DNA of 64,000 nucleotides from Lingula anatina. Taxonomy: Eukaryota > Animalia > Brachiopoda. The stretch's first letter is position 1, and each line of letters opens with the position of its first letter. The notes below the pieces were generated by a model that saw only the letters and a program-made list of their open reading frames with translations, was not told the DNA's origin and searched no databases. This document shows positions 58,143 to 64,000 of the stretch, one piece after another. Location of the stretch: contig CM120640.1 in assembly GCA_051362555.1 (NCBI GenBank), forward strand, positions 24,042,225-24,106,224. Reading direction: 5' to 3'. The position numbers and the translations under genes were made by a program.

Positions 58143-59599
58143 ATGGCTGTGTATTGCAGACGATCATTCAAAATGGATATAACACCAAGCAAATCTGTTA
58201 GGCGACGACTAGATTTTGGAGATGAACGCCCAGACGAGGCTCAAGTAATTTTGGAACTCAAAGACCAAGCGAGAATTATAGACGAAGAGAAGAAACGGCT
58301 GTGGAATTTTGACTTTGAATTAGAAGAGCCACTGGAAGGAAACTGGCTTTGGGAACGTTGTTGCGTTCCCGTTGAAAGTGCCCAAAATGACTTCGTTGAA
58401 AAACAGGAATCTTCACACACGGATAGTGAAAACTCAGACTGTTTAGTAGGATCTACATCTTCGTCTGTATCTAGTACGGCGTTAGACCTATCAGTAGTTC
58501 AATGTGTAGATAATTCCTTTTTCAGCCAAGTTAGTGAAAGAACGCCAACAATTTCTTCTAGCCAAAAACCAAGTATACGCCAACAGAAAATTACAGGTGA
58601 GACTGTGAAAAAAGTGTGACTTCATGTGATGGAAATGAGTTAAGCCAAATGATACATTTGTTATACAGTTGGGGTTTAAATTATACGAAGATTCGCGTCT
58701 TTTACTTGTCTCCAAATTACTTCTTAGATAAATTGTAATTCAACATTTATGATTCAGATATAAATCAAAGTGTAACTGCGTCATTTAGGGTATAACTGTT
58801 CGGTACAAAACCATGGATAGTCCACTCGCATGCTTAATATGTTTCGCGAGCCCAGGCAAGTCGCGTAAAGAGGGCCGAGCTCCGTGACCTCGCGTACTAC
58901 AATCTCCATACATTATCATGTTACTTCAACCTGTCTATCTGAGCCCATTATCTTGAAGCTAGACCCTAGATAAAGATCCAGGGTAGCATTGCGCCGCATT
59001 CAAGCAGAGGACACTCTGTTTGTGAATGCGACTTCTATCTGCTTTTGTTCACGCTAGTGACACAGAGCGTTCAACGCTAGCCCCCTTCTCCGCTCTCTGC
59101 CTGGACCGATCGGGGATTCGCGTGATGCCGCATATGATTGTCTTTTTAATTTACACCGTTTTCAGTGCCTTTTATTTTTACCGGCTTCGGCATTACTTCA
59201 AAGCCATGGGGTTGCTTAAGTTCTTTAATTACTAGATCCAAGCAAAACAGACTCATTTTCTGCTTTATTTATGACTGTTTGCTTAATGCGGTGGAGCTTT
59301 GTGAAATACTGTATCATGTTTGAGGTTAAGGGAAAATATTTTTCTTAGAGTTGAATAAATGATGCATGGACAAAAGAGTGCCAAAACAATAAATAATTTG
59401 AGGATGAAAGAGATATGTGCAAGTTATGAATAGAAGGTTATAGTACTGCAGTAAATAATAAGTCTTAAAGTTCCTAATGTATATATTCTTTTTTTCAGAC
59501 ATGCTCAAGCTCAAAAAAAGAAAACTGATTTCATCCATGAAACCCCAACAAAGCTCAAGAGACAACAAAAAGCCAAAACTAGAGAAAAATGCCAGTTAG
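58143..59599 (+). CDS. CDKN1: Cip/Kip cyclin-dependent kinase inhibitor (p21/p27/dacapo family), 184 aa
   Basis: Exon 58143-58596 encodes the CDI domain (RRRLDFG...KKRLWNFDFELEEPLEGNWLWE) and ends ACA G|GTGAGA. Exon 59499-59599 (TTTTTCAG|AC ATG...) continues in frame to give RQQKITDMLKLKKRKLIS...NAS*. A second in-frame ATG (MDITP) is a possible alternative start. Confidence 0.9.
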
Positions 59600-62500
59600 G
59601 TATGTGCATATTAATATTTCTACCCTGAGTCACCCACCTTGTCAAAACAGCTCTACCTGCCTGGACACGAAAGTGAAAGGCGTCAAAATCCTTTGTCTAA
59701 CCACCAAACCACTTATTCTGTATTTGTTTAAACATGAACTATGGAGAGCATGCATATCTATTATTTTGCTAACTGATTATGCTTACTTATATTTGATAAG
59801 GATTTATCAGTTTACGATATGACTTCGTTCAAGATAATATAAGAGAAACAAAAACTGTTCTCATTTTATCATAACGCAGCAAGGGAAATGCAATAAGCCA
59901 TTGTGTTGTGGCAGCTTGTGTAGGTGTAAAAACTGAAGGAAGTCTTCCCTTTAGGTTTCCACCTTAAAAACAGTAGGCAGCTCCCTTATTCAGGTGTCAA
60001 ATGTGCTAATCACCAATTTAAGGCAGGGAGCATTTTTAGGCAGGTTAATATCATTATTAATTACACCAAAATGGCCTCTAATCTTCGTACATGCTGTTCA
60101 CGTTTCCTGACCCTAAAAGATTAGTGATTACAGAAAGTAATGGGGTTATGGAATGGGGGTGTTTTAAATTGTTTAAAGTGTCATCCCTGTGTGGGTAATT
60201 GAAATAGAAATAAAACCTGGAACCTGGCTTTGAAATTGAAATGTAAACACATCACAGGTACTCTGTGTAATCAAGTGAAATGGTTAAATACACCAGGAGC
60301 TGTGCCAAGTAAAATATTATTCCTCTCTTTCATACCAAACAAAGGGTTTCTGAAGCCCGGCTCTTGGCAGCTACAACGTGCATTATTTATTAGCACTTTT
60401 GTGATTGCCCATGCTGTAATATTTGTAACTGCATAACACATGAGTAGAAGAATATCTGAATGGAATATTACAGCTCCCATATGTCTCACTCACTTTCACA
60501 GCTGGTGCCCACATAAGTTTCAGATCTAAAGCACATTAAAACAAGCACCTGCATTTGCTTAGCTTTCCCTACCACTATAACTGGATTTCTCATTAGTGAT
60601 GCTGTAAGCTTCATCTGATCATTTTGGAACTGTATAGAATATTGAATGTCCACGAAAGTGCAATGAAAAGTTTGGGACTGGCAAAAAAAAAAGAAAGAAA
60701 GAAAAGATTAAGGTAAACAGACCTAGTGGTTGAACATGATTTGGCTGTTATCTGGTTTGGATCAAAAAAGGGTTTATTTGGCTGGAGGTAGTGGCTTCCA
60801 CCCTGGCTTAAGCATTTAGCATGTAGAGGATGATATGGCTTAACCAATTCCCCAGGTTAAGCCCCACTTTGAAAGGTGGATCAGCTGTCCGGCCGAATTA
60901 GAATTTTTCTTTGTCAAGGGGCCTGAGTAGCTCTTTTATGATGGACTCTGTGAGGATTTAGAAAGACTGAGACATCTACTGAGAAAAGCCTCTTAGTTTC
61001 TAATGAATAACTTCTATTCCCTTTCCATCTGTCAGATTCAGTCCAGGCATCTTTGTCGAGACACAGATTGTTCACTCTGGCGTCTAGAGAAAACCCCTAA
61101 GTAAATTGAATGTAGTCTGCTGAAATGAGATAAAGTCAATAGGCAGACTGTAAATTTGAACAAATAATTATTATTTTATTAGTTGATGATAGCAAGGGTT
61201 GCTACATGCTACTTTGGATTGTATTTTCTCTGTATCAAAATACATGCATATTAACTTTAACATACCCCCTCGAAGTTTAATTCAGCTGTGACGTTGCACA
61301 TCCAGGACAGGTCCAGCAACTTTTAAGATCGTGATGCCAAGGAATTGTGTGCTTTGTGATATTAAACTTGTGACCTATTGACAGGACAAAGGGAAAGAAA
61401 TCACATTACGTGATGTGTGTATGGTTACCTCACCTGGCATTAGCTCACCTTAGTGTGATCAGAGAGATCAAGAGTTTATGCATATTTTGGTTGAAAGATT
61501 TCCTTAGGTGACCCTAGACTTATTCTTCATAATTCGCGGTGAATATGTGTGCTTTTTCAACTGGTGCAGGGGTGAGGGAAAGGTTGCCTGATTTAAAGCA
61601 TTCAGTAAGCAAACATTGCTCCTTTTGAGCAATGTTTTTGTAGTGAGGTGAATTACCCATCCACAGAGAGTTCATTTAAATAAACTTTTATGTAAATGAA
61701 AATAATACAGAGAATTGATGCAAACATGTTTTACTTAAACTATAGAAATGGTTATGTAAGGTTACATAATACTGCTGTCATAGCAAAATTACAAACTTGA
61801 ATGCCAAAATAAAAACTTTTTTCTCAGAGTACCTGTTTCCTGTTCAAGTTTGTAATTTTACCTAGATCAACATTGGATTTAAAATTATGTTTCAGATTTG
61901 ATCAGTGGTCTTTTGTTCAATTAAAGTGCTTGGAAGAAATTGTTTAAACCATATTGCCCCCTCTGAGCATCCAACAGTGGAAGTATTGATAAAATAATTA
62001 CCCCAACCTAGTTTCCTGCGCTTTTTTGGGGAAATAAGTGGAAAAGGGATCAGTTTATTGAAAGAGACAAACCCTCATTGATTGTTGGTACTTATGTTGT
62101 TTGTTTTTCTGCTTGGCTGGTTTAGTTGTAAACATCTGTGTGTGCCTACCTTTGGTGAAGTGTGGGGCAGTGGCAGAGGACCCTGGGAACTTGAGGGACA
62201 GGCCTCAGGGGCTTAGTACACACCTCTCTGTTTGATCATGTGACTATTTGTTTAGAAAAACTTGTCCTAGAAATAAGTGAATGGGATAAATCTCCAAAAA
62301 GGAAACAGAAAAAGAGTCAGGAGAGAAGAAAAGGTCAAGTTGGGGTCATAATTTTGGCAATCATCCACTCTTTTTGAAAGGAAATATTGAAGTCCCCAGA
62401 TCTCAGTTCATCTAAAGAAAATACAGTGTGAGGTGGATCAATAGAAACCTCGAACAAGGGTGGGGAGGGTTTTTATGTTAAATACTGGATAGTTGGTGGT

Positions 62501-64000
62501 TTATGTAAACTTAGGAGAACCTTGCAAATATTACCTGCCTATTTTGATCTAGGGACTTTTCCTGATTTCATGTTTTGAGATCTTTTAACAATGCTCTGTG
62601 TGCACCTGTGTCCAAAAGAAAGGTCATATAGCAGAGGGTTAGATGAACATTTATCTGGATTGTTCCTTATCATCACGGTGCATAGTATTAGGTGAAATGA
62701 GCATACTGAATACTAGGCTATCTAGTCAATTTGATGAGAGCTGTGGAATTCCGATTGTTCTTTGAGTAGGGTTTAGATATGGATTCCAGCCTGTCCTAGC
62801 TGGACTAGACGTAGATGTGTGGTTTTGGAGATAATAAGACCGCATTCCTTAAAATATAGTGACCCCCCTAACTCTTGCTAAGGAGGTGATGGTGGCAGTC
62901 ATTGTTGAAACCACAAAAAGTTTTATGACTCTCATTCTGTCTGGCAATTTTGCAGTGGGGATCATACATTCAAAGCCCAAAAATATTTTTTGAGACTTAA
63001 TGCAAAATCAAGTGAGATTTTGCAGGTTTTGAGAAGAGTGGAATCAGAAAAAATGACAAACTAGCAAATGTAATTAAAAGCTGGCAGAGTTAATCCACGG
63101 ACATTTTTTTGGGTTTTTTTTCTCTTAATTTCTGTCATAGTACAGTGTGTTTTGAGTGTCACTGAAGGTTCTCATCTTTTCTAGTTTCTTATGATGTAAC
63201 ACAGTGCCGTCAGCCACATTTTAGGATATCATGGATGGTCCCAATTACCCAGTATTTTCAATATTAAGTGGAAAAAATAACAGAAATATATATTTTTGCA
63301 TTGTCAAATAAATGTATCTTCCTTGTTGTGGCATATTTATGTGCTGGGGTGCTGATTTGTTTCTTTAAAGAACCTTGTATATCCCCTTTTTAATAAGCCA
63401 TGGTAAAGAAAAACATACATTTGATTGACAGCCGTCAGCTGGTGTAGAGGTTTTTATATGCAGCCCCTGGATAGCGTCATCTCATCAGCTCAGTGAGCCC
63501 AGGGCCGAGGTGGAATAAGAGAAACCATGTGCAAGCCATCAGGCCCTATCAGTTGTGGCATATGACTGGACCAGATTGAATTGCAGAGCTTTGGCTACTG
63601 TGTCCACAGCAATCCACCCCTTCACAAATAAATCAGAAATTGGATTTCATACAGCTCAAACTGGGTGAACATAATGAGAGGATGGCTGGACGGCTCTGAC
63701 CATATATGGTGGGGGCTATTAGTATTTGGAGACAGTGTATCATCTGAGGGTTGAATAATTCACCCTGTACTTTTACTCTCTTGTAACTGGCCTGGTAGGG
63801 CATCTAAGGACAAATGTAGCTTTAAATCATTTTAGTAACCTGAGATTTTGCTTAATAAAAAAGAGGGTCATGCATTGTTGAATGCTTTCATGGCTGCTAT
63901 TTTCTTTTCTACTAATGCAATTTCAGTTAAGAGATGGTCACATGAGTAGCTGGTTTCAGTTATCCACACTGTTAACCCAAGTAAATGGTTGACTATTGCC

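Overview
AT-rich genomic DNA from an invertebrate animal, with spliceosomal GT-AG introns and no prokaryotic features. Bases 1-14022 are an array of roughly 100 copies of a 142-bp tandem repeat that runs off the left edge. On the minus strand each copy reads as a complete 62-nt exon (DKEDDERPHPDMDFTLGSKL) plus an 80-nt intron with donor, branch point, pyrimidine tract and CAG. Four intron-containing genes follow. TSPO (minus strand) has two homologous alternative ATG-bearing exons. Parvin (plus, 13 exons, 363 aa) lies head-to-head with TSPO. TEAD/scalloped (plus, about 423 aa) carries two pairs of tandemly duplicated exons, each pair separated by exactly 43 nt. A Cip/Kip CDK inhibitor (plus, 184 aa) comes last. 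Several MITEs, a tRNA-derived SINE head and simple repeats are interspersed. The main theme is exon duplication with probable mutually exclusive splicing at three neighbouring loci. All gene models were assembled by eye from splice signals and remembered protein-family motifs. No database search or RNA evidence was available.
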